Assembly (NCBI RefSeq): GCF_055900595.2
Contig: NZ_CM148325.1
DNA length: 64,000 nucleotides
Direction: 5' to 3' (one strand)
Under the pieces are notes generated by a model that saw only the letters and a program-made list of their open reading frames with translations, searched no databases and had not been told where the DNA came from. Below, one piece after another: positions 25,452 through 35,467 of the stretch. The stretch's first letter is position 1, and each line of letters begins with the position of its first letter. The position numbers and the translations under genes are program-made.

Positions 25452-25701
25452 TTCAGCCTCATTGCAGGGTAGTCAGGAAGTGTTCGCCCAAATTAGCGCG
25501 CTGGAGAGAATAAGAATTTTCGAATATTTTTATGCAGAATAAACAGCCCTATTTCAGGCAGCTATTAAAAATTTGGTTATAAATATGGACAAAACGGGCA
25601 GTAACAATAAGTGTGACAATCATCACGTAAAAAATAGCAAAATAAACAAAATTAGCGATACTTTATGTTTATGAGCTTATTTCGCGTAGAAAAATAGTTA
25701 T

Positions 25702-26112
25702 CTACACAATGTCAATAAGGGCATATTCTTCAAAGATAACGTCCATTTCGGGTGAATAGCATCCTTCTGCCTGGAAAAAACGACGGTGTTCATTACGCCA
25801 ATATTCAAGACTGAGGTCACCTTCACCTTCCTTACGGGCAAGCTCCGCGGTGACATCAGAAAAGCGCAGTAAATGCAGGCCAATAACTCTGATAACACAT
25901 ACAGGCTCACCACGGCTATTTTCTACAATCTTATACTCACCAATCATCGGAAATGCGTTGTCTTCAATACATCCCGCCAGCGAACCACAGGAAGCTGTTT
26001 TAACACCAGTCGCAATCAACGTTGCGAGGTGATCGGCCAACGCTTCTGAATCGCCAAAAGTACAAAAGGAAGCATGGGGATATTTTTGTGAGATTTTTTC
26101 TTTTATGGTCAT
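25702..26112 (-). CDS. ASCH-domain-like small protein
   Basis: ORF 25702..26145; ATG at 26112 (MTIKEKISQ...) or GTG at 26145; assignment by sequence resemblance only. Confidence 0.5.
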   Translation of the reverse strand: MTIKEKISQKYPHASFCTFGDSEALADHLATLIATGVKTASCGSLAGCIEDNAFPMIGEYKIVENSRGEPVCVIRVIGLHLLRFSDVTAELARKEGEGDLSLEYWRNEHRRFFQAEGCYSPEMDVIFEEYALIDIV

Positions 26113-26408
26113 GAGAATATTTTCGCGATTACGGAAAAAAATCACATCTTAATTACTGTTGATAACCATCAGCAAGAGGATCATTGGTTTTTCTATGTTT
26201 AATCTTTTTTATCCGAAGCAGGTCACATTTATGGCTTGATAAATACCTTTGTTAAAACTCACTTTTGTGTATTTCTCTCAAATAATCCCCTGGAAATTAT
26301 GCCGGGAGATTATAAAGTTCAGGATCATTCATTAACAAACCATTCCCGCCCCACTCCCTGGGGCTTAAATCTCTTACTATTCACCGTTGCAGGCGTTTCA
26401 AATTCGTA

Positions 26409-27791
26409 TCAACCTGCCACACTCCCCCACACCATTTGCCCTTTATGGAACGTTGCGGTTCTCGGCGAGATACGCGCCACCGCCTCGGCGGAACAGGAGG
26501 CGTCCACCAGCACAAAGCTGGCGTCATCCTGCGCTTTAGGCCAGACGCGCTCGCCTTTTTCGTTGAGCGGCAATACATCACCAGTGGCTAAAAACAGCGA
26601 GCGGGACAAATTCTGTTCGTTAGGACGAATATAGAGCTGCGCGTACAGATTGGCTTTTTCCAGCATGTCGCCCAGGCCGTAAGGCGACCAGTGGTCGATA
26701 ACGCTGTCGGTGCCGGTCATCACTTTTACGCCTTTGTCGTGCAGCTGTTTGAGCGGCATATGCAACGTGCCAATCGGCACCGTCGAGGCGATCGAGATTT
26801 GCTGCGCCGCCATCCGGTTCGCCAGTTCATCTACTTGTTGCTCGTTGAGGGTAGCCAGCGCAAAGGCGTGGCTGATGGTCAGCTTGCCTTTTAGCTGCGG
26901 CGTTTTCTCCACTGTTTCAACCATATAATTGATGGCTGCCACGCCCGCCGGAGTGGTTTCGTGCAGATGAATATCGACGCCTTTGTCGTAGTCCAGCGCA
27001 ATCTGGAACATGGTGTCGAGGGATTTTTCCATCGCGCCATCAACACTGGTCGGGTCCAGCCCGCCGACGTAATGCGCGCCTGCCTGCATTGCTTCACGCA
27101 TCAAGGGTTCCGATTTCGACAGCAGCAAACCGTGCTGCGGGAAGGCGACGATTTCACACTCGAAGCCCGCCTGACGTCGCGCCAGCACCGCCTGCAAATT
27201 TTGCAGATTTTTCAGGCCGGAAACCGGTTCGATATTGCAGTGGCTGCGGGCAATGGTGGTGCCTTTCGACTGCAATAAATCGATCAGTTTTTCTGCCCGC
27301 TCCTGCGTGTAGGGTTGCAGTTCCGGCAGCATTTTTTGCTCGAGTTTGATCATGTCCTGGATAGTGGTGCCTGCCGGGCGATTGAGCGAGCGCCACGGCC
27401 CACCGTAAAAGGTTTTGTCGAGATGAATATGCATGTCGCGGGTGGTGGGCAGCATCAGCTTACCGCCAGCGTCATAGTGCGGCAGCGTGGCGTCCGGATG
27501 CTGCTTGTTCTCGCGCAGCGCGACAATTTTGCCGTCCTGAATCTCCACGGTCTGGCGCGCCGTGCGGGTCTGCACCGCCACGCCATTTTCATAGTCAAAA
27601 CCGGTTTCCAGCAGCACGTTGTCGAGATAGTAGTGCGGGTCAGTGATTTTCATGGTGTTATTCGCGTCGCAGTGGGTGGTGCCAGAGACCTCCGCATGGG
27701 CGAATGGCACAGAGGTACCAAACAGCGCGGCGGCGGTGACCATCTTACCGCTCTGGCTCAAAAACTCACGACGGCTATTGTTTTCTTTCAT
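26409..27791 (-). CDS. yahJ: Tat-signal amidohydrolase/deaminase family protein, 460 aa
   Basis: N-terminal twin-arginine motif SRREFLSQSGKMVTAAALFG; metal-dependent amidohydrolase fold. Confidence 0.85.
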   Translation of the reverse strand: MKENNSRREFLSQSGKMVTAAALFGTSVPFAHAEVSGTTHCDANNTMKITDPHYYLDNVLLETGFDYENGVAVQTRTARQTVEIQDGKIVALRENKQHPDATLPHYDAGGKLMLPTTRDMHIHLDKTFYGGPWRSLNRPAGTTIQDMIKLEQKMLPELQPYTQERAEKLIDLLQSKGTTIARSHCNIEPVSGLKNLQNLQAVLARRQAGFECEIVAFPQHGLLLSKSEPLMREAMQAGAHYVGGLDPTSVDGAMEKSLDTMFQIALDYDKGVDIHLHETTPAGVAAINYMVETVEKTPQLKGKLTISHAFALATLNEQQVDELANRMAAQQISIASTVPIGTLHMPLKQLHDKGVKVMTGTDSVIDHWSPYGLGDMLEKANLYAQLYIRPNEQNLSRSLFLATGDVLPLNEKGERVWPKAQDDASFVLVDASCSAEAVARISPRTATFHKGQMVWGSVAG

Positions 27792-27800
27792 CTTACGTCC

Positions 27801-28751
27801 TTACGTTTTAATAATATGGGTGCCCGTCTCGCCACGCAGCGCCGCGGGCAGGCATTCCGGCGTGGTGATAATCACTTCTTTGCCGCCCTGTTCTAAAAAT
27901 GTCAGGCTGGCGATGATTTTTGGCAACATGCTGCCAGGCGGGAAATGCCCTTCCTGCATATAGCGGGTCATGGTGGCAATATCCACCCGATCCAGCGCCT
28001 GCTGCTGCGGTTTGCCAAAATGAATACAGACTTTTTCCACGCCGGTGGTGATCACCAGAATGTCGGCGTGAATTTCGCGGGCCAGCAGCGCGGTGGAGAG
28101 ATCTTTGTCGATAACCGCGTCCACGCTTTGGTAATCTCCCGCGTCAGTACGCACCACCGGAATTCCGCCACCGCCCGCACCAATCACCACAAACCCTTGT
28201 TGGATCAGCGCTTTAATGGCAGGTGCTTCAACAATACGTTTCGGTTCCGGCGAGGCGACCACGCGGCGATAGCCGCGTCCGGCATCTTCAACAAAACGCC
28301 AGTCAGGGTTTGCCTTTTGTAATTCGTTACGCTGGCTTTCACTGAAGAATGCGCCAATGGGCTTGGTGGGGTGAGCAAACCCCGGATCGTTTTTATCCAC
28401 TTCCACCTGAGTCACCACAGTGACGGCTTTTTTCTCGCCGTGGCGCGCCAGCCGATTGTTCAGCGCCTGTTGGATCAAGTAGCCAATGCCGCCTTGCGTA
28501 TCTGCCACACAGTTCGCCAGCGGCGTTAAGGGCAGCCCTTCGCGCTCGTGGGCAATCTCCGCACGGCGTAGATCCAGCCCAACCTGCGGCCCGTTGCCGT
28601 GGGTCAGCACAATGTCGTAATCGGAAGCCAGCATTTCCAGCACCGTCTCGGCGACGGCCTTCACCGCCTCCGCCTGATGCTCAATCGACTGGCTGGCGTT
28701 ATCTTTGATAATGCTGTTGCCACCAATGGCAACGACCACAAGTTCTTTCAT
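27801..28751 (-). CDS. yahI: carbamate kinase-like protein, 316 aa
   Basis: Amino-acid kinase family N-terminus MKELVVVAIGGNSI... Confidence 0.85.
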   Translation of the reverse strand: MKELVVVAIGGNSIIKDNASQSIEHQAEAVKAVAETVLEMLASDYDIVLTHGNGPQVGLDLRRAEIAHEREGLPLTPLANCVADTQGGIGYLIQQALNNRLARHGEKKAVTVVTQVEVDKNDPGFAHPTKPIGAFFSESQRNELQKANPDWRFVEDAGRGYRRVVASPEPKRIVEAPAIKALIQQGFVVIGAGGGGIPVVRTDAGDYQSVDAVIDKDLSTALLAREIHADILVITTGVEKVCIHFGKPQQQALDRVDIATMTRYMQEGHFPPGSMLPKIIASLTFLEQGGKEVIITTPECLPAALRGETGTHIIKT

Positions 28752-28789
28752 GTTGTTATGTCCGCTACAGAGGGTGATGGGGTTATGAC

Positions 28790-29160
28790 CAACGCCAGAC
28801 AGCCTGATGCGCTACGCTTATCAGGCCTACAGATTCTTGTGCCATTCGTAGGCCGGATAAGGCGTCCACGCCGCATCCGGCAATGGTGACAAATGCCTGA
28901 TGCGCTACGCTTATCAGGCCTACAGATTCTCGCGCCACTCGTAGGCCGGATAAGGCGTTCACGCCACAACCGGCAATGGTGACAAATGCCTGATGCGCTA
29001 CGCTTATCAGGCCTACAGATTCTTGCGCCACTCGTAGGCTGGATAAGGCGTTCACGCCGCATCCGGCAATCGTGACAAATGCCTGATGCGCTACGCTTAT
29101 CAGGCCTACAGATTCTTGCGCCACTCGTAGGCCGGATAAGGCGTTCACGCCGCATCCGGC
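28790..29160. repeat. Tandem BIME/REP array, 4 copies of a 93-bp unit
   Basis: gcctgatgcgctacgcttatcaggcctac recurs at 28802, 28895, 28988 and 29081, each followed by an inverted REP gtaggccggataaggcgttcacgccgcatccggc; ORF 28748..29263 across it is a translation artefact. Confidence 0.9.
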
Positions 29161-29183
29161 AGAGACAACGCGCACTTTGCAGG

Positions 29184-30602
29184 TCAGACACCGTAACGTT
29201 CGCACCAGCCAAGAATGGCTTTTTCGAAGCAGGCGAATGGTGGATGCACAATGCCCGCGCCAATCATGCCGACGCCCGCATCTTTATGGGCAATGGCGGT
29301 GTTGATCACCGGCAGAATGCCACTGCTACCCACGCGGGTGATGTCGATTGCCGTCGGCACACCCATAAAACCGAGCAGCGGAATGGTCACGTTGGGGTTT
29401 TCGCCGAGAGTGATTTCGCGCATCTGACGGGAGAAATCGATAGCCTCTTCCACCGTACCGCCCACCAGCGCGACGATTGCAGGCGCGGTCGCCATCGCAA
29501 ATCCACCAATGCCGTAGGTTTCGGTGATGGCGCTGTCGCCAATATCCAGCCCCGAATCTTCCGGCTTATAACCGGCAAACATCGGGCCGATGACCTGTTG
29601 CGCCGGGCCGGTAAACCACTGCCCCGGCAGGCCGCTGACTCGCAGGCCGAACTCGACACCGTTACGCGCCATGGTGGTCACCACGGTGCTGTATTCAATG
29701 CCGTGCGCCGCATCCATCGCTGCTTTACACATTGCCATCCACGTCGGGCCGGAGAAGTAATCGCTGCTGGCGACAAACTCAAACACTTCACGCTGTTGCT
29801 CGACAGAATAGCCCGCCTGAATAATCCCCGGCGTCAGCGCCTGAATCAGCAGCGTCGTCCCGGCGTTATTGCGGTTATGGCATTCATCTCCCATATGCAG
29901 CGCCTGCGCCAGCATTAAGCGCAGATCGATTTCGCCGATAATTTTCATCGCGTCGCGCAGCATGGGCCCCTGCACATCGCGCATCCAGTTGAGGCGGTCA
30001 ATCACGCTCTGATCGTTGGCACCCATACGCAAAATCTTCGCCATCTGCTCGCTCATATTGGTGTAAGCGATGTTGCCGTAGGTTTTGTTTTTCACGATGT
30101 GCATAAACATCGAGGCCGAGGTAACACCCGCCATCGAACCCACGCAGTCGTGCTCGTGGCACGGCGAGAAGGTGATCTCCCCGGAAGCCGCCAGTTCGGC
30201 CGCCTCGTCGAGATCTTTCGCCAGCCCTTCGAACACCAGCGCCCCGGTGACCGCGCCTTTCATAGCGCCGCACATTTTTTCCCAGGTCACTGGTGGCCCG
30301 GCGTGAAGAATGGTTTTCGCCGTCATGCCAGGCACCACGTTAATCGCCTGATCAAAACCAATCAGCACCGGATGCGACTGGATAATGCGTTCCAGCGCCT
30401 GCTGGTTAGCGGCGGCGATTTTGTCTGCCAGCGGCGAATCGGCAATGTTGTCCAGCGCCTGCACCACCTGCATATTGCCCTGCCCCGGCGGCGTCCAGTC
30501 GAGTTGGGTCACTTCTACATGCTGCTTTTTCAGATCATCGCTAAACATGGCGATGCCGACGTTAATAACGTTCAACGGTTGGCTAAACAGTGACGGACTC
30601 AT
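29184..30602 (-). CDS. yahG: DUF1116-family protein, 472 aa
   Basis: ATG overlaps the yahF stop (ATGA); paralog of ylbE-type proteins. Confidence 0.85.
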   Translation of the reverse strand: MSPSLFSQPLNVINVGIAMFSDDLKKQHVEVTQLDWTPPGQGNMQVVQALDNIADSPLADKIAAANQQALERIIQSHPVLIGFDQAINVVPGMTAKTILHAGPPVTWEKMCGAMKGAVTGALVFEGLAKDLDEAAELAASGEITFSPCHEHDCVGSMAGVTSASMFMHIVKNKTYGNIAYTNMSEQMAKILRMGANDQSVIDRLNWMRDVQGPMLRDAMKIIGEIDLRLMLAQALHMGDECHNRNNAGTTLLIQALTPGIIQAGYSVEQQREVFEFVASSDYFSGPTWMAMCKAAMDAAHGIEYSTVVTTMARNGVEFGLRVSGLPGQWFTGPAQQVIGPMFAGYKPEDSGLDIGDSAITETYGIGGFAMATAPAIVALVGGTVEEAIDFSRQMREITLGENPNVTIPLLGFMGVPTAIDITRVGSSGILPVINTAIAHKDAGVGMIGAGIVHPPFACFEKAILGWCERYGV

Positions 30603-32149
30603 CAGGCTTCCTCCCCTTTGCAGATAAATTCACGCGCCAGCAATCCGGTGTTGGTGCTACTGCTCGCCAGAATCACTCCGGCATCAAGCAGCATCTGGCT
30701 TTGTTGTGCTAACGATGGCGTATCGAGATCGGTACCCAGCACATAGGCGAGAATGATCAACTCGCGGCCTTCGGCGGCAGCGATCGCTTTCGCTTCTTTG
30801 ATCGCCTTGATGGTGGAACCGACCGGATCTTCATGCGATCCAAATCCGAGCACAAAATCCATCACGATCACCGCCACTTCTGGATCACGTGCTTCTTCGA
30901 TCAAGCGACTGATGCGATTGGTCGGGTCAATCATTGGATGCGGCTTGCCGTTGGTGAAGTCGTCATCGCCAAAGTCGAGGAAGGTATGTTTGATGCTGCG
31001 GTTGATATCTTGCAGGCGGAATTCAGGATCGGGCTGGATGTTGCTGTAGACATCGCCGTGTTTTTCCATCACTGCGAACATGGTTTCGTCGCACAGTGTG
31101 CCGCCGCAGAACAGGCCACGAATGTATTTCTGCTGCGGTTGCAGGCGAGCGCGCACATCCGCAATCAACGGCTGGTTCAGGGTATGCAGGTCGAGATGTT
31201 CTTGTTTCACGCCGGAGAGCATCACCGCTTTCAGTGCCGCCTCTTTGCTGCCGCGAGCAAACTGTAGCCCCTGCTCATCCACTGGCGTTTCGCCACGACC
31301 GAGGAAGCAGACCACCACCGGCTTGCGGCAGGCGCGTGCGCGTTCCAGCACTTTGCGGGCCACCGCAGGCGCAGGCGGTTTGGAGATAAGTACAATGATT
31401 TCAGTTTGCGGATCGTTTTCCAGCATCCCGATAGCGTCGAGCATCATCAGGCCGCCGATTTTCTCGCTCAGGTCGCGCCCGCCGGTGCCAATCAGTTGCG
31501 AAACGCCGCCGCCAAATTCATGAATACGGACGCTCAGTTCCTGGCTACCGGTGCCGGATGCGCCAACAATACCGATGTTGCCGCGACGCACAGCGTTACC
31601 AAAGCAGAGCGCCGCGCCGTTGATAATCGCCGTGCCGCAGTCTGGCCCCATCATCAGCAGCCCTTTTTCGTGGGCCAGTTGCTTGAGCGCCAGTTCATCT
31701 TCAACTGAGACGTTATCGGAAAACAGCATCACGTTAAGATCGTTTTGCAGCGCCTGACGCGCTTCGCGAGCGGCAAACAGACCGTTGACCGAAATCACTG
31801 CCAGGTTACTTTCCGGGATATGCTTTTTGGCGCTGGCAATAGTGGCGTAACGCGCCTCGTGCGAGCCACTTTGCGCTTTGCTGTTGAACAGTTCTTCAAT
31901 CTCCACCAGCAACTGCTCGTTGTCTGCGCCCGCTTTGCCGTTGATGACAATCATCAGGTCGCCGTTTTTCGCCTGCTCCAGCTCCGGCGTCAGCAGCCCT
32001 AAATTCTTCAGCACGCCTTTGTTCATTTCGGTCGCCATCGCCACAAATGCCTGCTCGACGCCGTCGAGTTTATTTGCACGCGTGGAGATAGACATCAGCG
32101 AGACAGAATCAAAATAGGTATTCGGTTTAATGACTATTTTAACTGACAT
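30602..32149 (-). CDS. yahF: FdrA-like CoA-binding protein (succinyl-CoA synthetase alpha-like fold), 515 aa
   Basis: 515-aa ORF resembling FdrA; translationally coupled to yahG. Confidence 0.85.
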   Translation of the reverse strand: MSVKIVIKPNTYFDSVSLMSISTRANKLDGVEQAFVAMATEMNKGVLKNLGLLTPELEQAKNGDLMIVINGKAGADNEQLLVEIEELFNSKAQSGSHEARYATIASAKKHIPESNLAVISVNGLFAAREARQALQNDLNVMLFSDNVSVEDELALKQLAHEKGLLMMGPDCGTAIINGAALCFGNAVRRGNIGIVGASGTGSQELSVRIHEFGGGVSQLIGTGGRDLSEKIGGLMMLDAIGMLENDPQTEIIVLISKPPAPAVARKVLERARACRKPVVVCFLGRGETPVDEQGLQFARGSKEAALKAVMLSGVKQEHLDLHTLNQPLIADVRARLQPQQKYIRGLFCGGTLCDETMFAVMEKHGDVYSNIQPDPEFRLQDINRSIKHTFLDFGDDDFTNGKPHPMIDPTNRISRLIEEARDPEVAVIVMDFVLGFGSHEDPVGSTIKAIKEAKAIAAAEGRELIILAYVLGTDLDTPSLAQQSQMLLDAGVILASSSTNTGLLAREFICKGEEA

Positions 32150-33002
32150 AATTCCCTCCGTAGGTTTGGCTCAGCGCACAACCATCGGCCATGCCATACA
32201 GCATGTCGCAGCCGGAACTGGAGCCAATATGTTTAATTTTTTCTATTGCCTGAGTTGCGTTCCCAGGTATGTCATAAATAATGTTATGAATAAAACGATG
32301 AATATTTTCCCGGCAGCGTTGTTGTAATGCGGCTTCCAGCGTTATGGCACTTAATAACGTGGTATTATTTCTGCCGCGTTGCAGACCGAGATAAAATTCC
32401 TCTTTGTATTTTTCCGCCGGATGCCCGGGAATAAATAAAATAAGCGCCAGACCTGTTAAATAATCGTCGGCTGATGGCGTAAGGCCAATCCCTAACCCCA
32501 TCATACTGACGACCGCTGAGGCGATATTTTGTTTATCGTTTACTGCCTGAATAACTGCCCGTCGTTTAATATGTAATTCTTTATTTAACGCCTGATAAAA
32601 CGGATTATCGCCACAATAATTAAACAGGGTTTCATTTTCCCCCAGGTGTTGATGAATAATGTCGTGCCACTGTTGCCAGGCGATAAGGTGAAAATTTTCA
32701 GCGGTCATTTGCAAAGCGGGGGACAGCCAACGCTGGCAATGACTCATCTCTATATGAAGATGTTGACCAACCGTAATACCTTGATCATCAAACTGAACCT
32801 TATCACCATGACGGAACAGACCATCAAAGTGAGTGAGTGCCAACCGACAACTGTTTGGCGCATTGTCGTACTCTTCACAAAGCAGTGTCAGCAACTGCTG
32901 GCGAGCCGGGATTGCGATATTTACCGCTCTGGCAAAGACCTGTTCAACTTGTCCTTGCCCCCGCTGCGCCAGAAAATCAGCATCCGCAGTTAGCGCCCAC
33001 AC
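32139..33002 (-). CDS. yahE: DUF2877-family protein, 287 aa
   Basis: 287-aa ORF with GTG start at 33002; overlaps the yahF start by 11 nt. Confidence 0.8.
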   Translation of the reverse strand: MWALTADADFLAQRGQGQVEQVFARAVNIAIPARQQLLTLLCEEYDNAPNSCRLALTHFDGLFRHGDKVQFDDQGITVGQHLHIEMSHCQRWLSPALQMTAENFHLIAWQQWHDIIHQHLGENETLFNYCGDNPFYQALNKELHIKRRAVIQAVNDKQNIASAVVSMMGLGIGLTPSADDYLTGLALILFIPGHPAEKYKEEFYLGLQRGRNNTTLLSAITLEAALQQRCRENIHRFIHNIIYDIPGNATQAIEKIKHIGSSSGCDMLYGMADGCALSQTYGGNYVS

Positions 33003-33041
33003 ACACCGTCTTTCTGGTGTGTTGATAGCAAACCTCCCGGT

Positions 33042-33647
33042 TTATGCGCCTGCGGCAATCAGCAACTGAGCAATCTCTTCAAAGCCCCGTTCCCGCGCCA
33101 GTTCCAGCGGCGTTTTGCCATATTTGTCGGTCAGATGCGGGCTGGCACCGTGCTCCAGCAATAACTGGACAATCGCCTGCTGTTTAATCCCGCCATCGTT
33201 AAGCACAATCGCTTCCAGTAGCGGCGTCCAGCCAACATGGTTGGTCTGGTTAACGTTAATATCCGTATGCGCCAAAAGCTCTTTTACAATACTTAAATGG
33301 CCTTTTTCACAGGCAGGCGTCAGGCCGACACCGCCGAAACGGGTTACACAATTAAGGTCTGGTTTAGCCGGTAAAATAATTCGTAGTAGCGTTAAATCAC
33401 CGTTCAGGCAACTCATTAAAAAAGGATTTAAACAGGTCTGGTCTTGTTTATTAATATCCGCACCGGCATCAATTAACGCCTGAACGCAAGCATATTGCTG
33501 ATATAAACTTGCCAGCGTAATTGCCGTTTTCCCCTGGCGATCGCAGGTATTTATATCTACCCCCAGAGCAAGGCAGGTTTTTACTTTATCGATATCACCC
33601 TGTTGTGCAGCCAATAAATAATCGGCAGGTAGATTTTTTATACTCAT
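33042..33647 (-). CDS. yahD: ankyrin-repeat protein, 201 aa
   Basis: Ankyrin repeats visible (GADINKQD..., TPLLEAIVLNDGG..., HGASPHLTDKYGKTPLELA); ATG at 33647. Confidence 0.85.
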   Translation of the reverse strand: MSIKNLPADYLLAAQQGDIDKVKTCLALGVDINTCDRQGKTAITLASLYQQYACVQALIDAGADINKQDQTCLNPFLMSCLNGDLTLLRIILPAKPDLNCVTRFGGVGLTPACEKGHLSIVKELLAHTDINVNQTNHVGWTPLLEAIVLNDGGIKQQAIVQLLLEHGASPHLTDKYGKTPLELARERGFEEIAQLLIAAGA

Positions 33648-33904
33648 TAACATTCCCCTGTTTTTTGTGGCTGTTTTCGATGAATTGAGAATAGCAACGA
33701 TAATCTGATAAAAGAACCCGCTTAAATTTAATTCGCCGTATTTCGCCTTTTTGTTGAATGATGTTCAACAATCTTTTCGCAGTGTGCGGTAGTGCAATAT
33801 TTGTTTCTTTGACCCGATACCCTTTCACTCAATCAGGTTTTATTTCTCTATAGTCTGCACATGTAAGAGTAGCTTTCGTCCATGTCTAACCAGAGGGGAA
33901 CAAG

Positions 33905-34402
33905 ATGAACGGACTCACGGCAACGGGTATAACCGTCGGTATTTGTGCAGGGCTTTGGCAGTTAGTGTCTTCACATGTCGGGCTCTCTCAGGGATGGGAA
34001 TTATTAGGAACCATTGGCTTCGTCGCCTTTTGCAGTTTTTATGCCGCAGGCGGCGGTAAATCGGGGTTTATCAGAAGCCTGGCGGTTAATTATTCCGGGA
34101 TGGTGTGGGCGTTTTTCGCCGCGCTGGCTTCCGGTTGGCTGGCCTCGGTGAGTGGGCTTTCCGTGTTCTGGGCAAGCGTGATGACTACCGTGCCTTTCTC
34201 AGCTGTAGTGGTCTGGCAAGGGCGTTTCTGGTTACTGTCATTCATTCCCGGAGGCTTTCTCGGCATGACGCTGTTTTTTGCCAGCGGGATGAACTGGACG
34301 GTGACATTACTGGGTTTTCTGGCGGGTAACTGCGTGGGAATAATTTCAGAATATGGCGGACAAAAATTAAGCGAAGCGACGACTAAACGCGACGGGTATT
34401 AA
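33905..34402 (+). CDS. yahC: small inner-membrane protein, 165 aa
   Basis: Hydrophobic 165-aa ORF divergent from yahD. Confidence 0.8.
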   Translation: MNGLTATGITVGICAGLWQLVSSHVGLSQGWELLGTIGFVAFCSFYAAGGGKSGFIRSLAVNYSGMVWAFFAALASGWLASVSGLSVFWASVMTTVPFSAVVVWQGRFWLLSFIPGGFLGMTLFFASGMNWTVTLLGFLAGNCVGIISEYGGQKLSEATTKRDGY

Positions 34403-34493
34403 AAGTTATTCAAAAATGATTATCTATCTTTAACCGATACCTCTACAGTCATAGCTGGAGAAATTCATAGTAGATAATGGCGGGAATGGTTTA

Positions 34494-35426
34494 ATGAACT
34501 CAATTTTTACCGAAGAGAATCTGTTGGCATTTACTACCGCTGCGCGTTTTAGCAGCTTCAGTAAAGCGGCAGACGAGTTGGGTTTAACCACTTCCGCCAT
34601 TAGCTACACCATCAAGCGAATGGAAACAGGGCTGGATGTGGTGCTGTTCACTCGCAGTACCCGCAGCATTGAGTTAACGGAGTCCGGGCGTTATTTTTTC
34701 CGCAAAGCTACCGACCTGCTGAATGATTTTCACGCCATCAAACGCAGCATCGATACTATTTCGCAGGGCATAGAAGCGCGTGTGCGTATTTGTATTAATC
34801 AGCTGCTTTATACGCCCAAACACACCGCACGCTTATTACAGGTACTGAAAAAGCAATTTCCAACCTGCCAGATTACCGTCACCACCGAAGTGTATAATGG
34901 CGTCTGGGATGCGATTATTAATAATCAGGCGAATATCGCTATCGGCGCACCCGACACGCTGCTGGACGGCGGCGGCATTGATTACACGGAGATTGGCGCG
35001 ATTCGCTGGGCTTTTGCTATCGCCCCGGATCACCCGTTAGCCTTTGTGCCGGAACCCATCGCCGAAAGCCAACTGCGTCTCTATCCTAATATCATGGTGG
35101 AAGACACCGCGCATACGATTAATAAAAAAGTGGGCTGGTTGCTGCATGGGCAGGAGTCGATTCTGGTGCCAGATTTCAACACCAAATGTCAGTGCCAGAT
35201 TTTAGGCGAAGGAATTGGTTTTTTGCCGGATTACATGGTCCGTGAGGCGATGGCGCAATCCCTGCTGGTTACCCGACAAATCCATAATCCGCGCCAGGAT
35301 TCACGCATGTTACTGGCGACCCAGCACTCTGCCACCGGTCAGGTGACGCAGTGGATTAAAAAACAATTTTCGCCAAATGGCATATTAACGGGGATCTATC
35401 AGGATTTACTGCATCGGGAGAATTAA
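34494..35426 (+). CDS. yahB: LysR-family transcriptional regulator, 310 aa
   Basis: LysR HTH N-terminus (FTTAARFSSFSKAADELGLTTSAISYTIKRME); 310 aa. Confidence 0.88.
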   Translation: MNSIFTEENLLAFTTAARFSSFSKAADELGLTTSAISYTIKRMETGLDVVLFTRSTRSIELTESGRYFFRKATDLLNDFHAIKRSIDTISQGIEARVRICINQLLYTPKHTARLLQVLKKQFPTCQITVTTEVYNGVWDAIINNQANIAIGAPDTLLDGGGIDYTEIGAIRWAFAIAPDHPLAFVPEPIAESQLRLYPNIMVEDTAHTINKKVGWLLHGQESILVPDFNTKCQCQILGEGIGFLPDYMVREAMAQSLLVTRQIHNPRQDSRMLLATQHSATGQVTQWIKKQFSPNGILTGIYQDLLHREN

Positions 35427-35467
35427 TCGCTGCCAACCTCCCGATGCGCTGTGAATAGCGGTTTACA

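Noticed and set aside
28790-29160. Possible CRISPR array (regular direct repeats)
   Set aside because: Units are contiguous 93-bp REP/BIME copies with no unique spacers, the repeat is the well-known REP palindrome, and no cas genes are nearby.
28748-29263. 171-aa ORF with a repeating peptide (RMRRERLIRPTSGARICRPDKRSASGICH...)
   Set aside because: It is the in-frame translation of the 93-bp tandem BIME array; periodicity comes from the DNA repeat, not from a protein.
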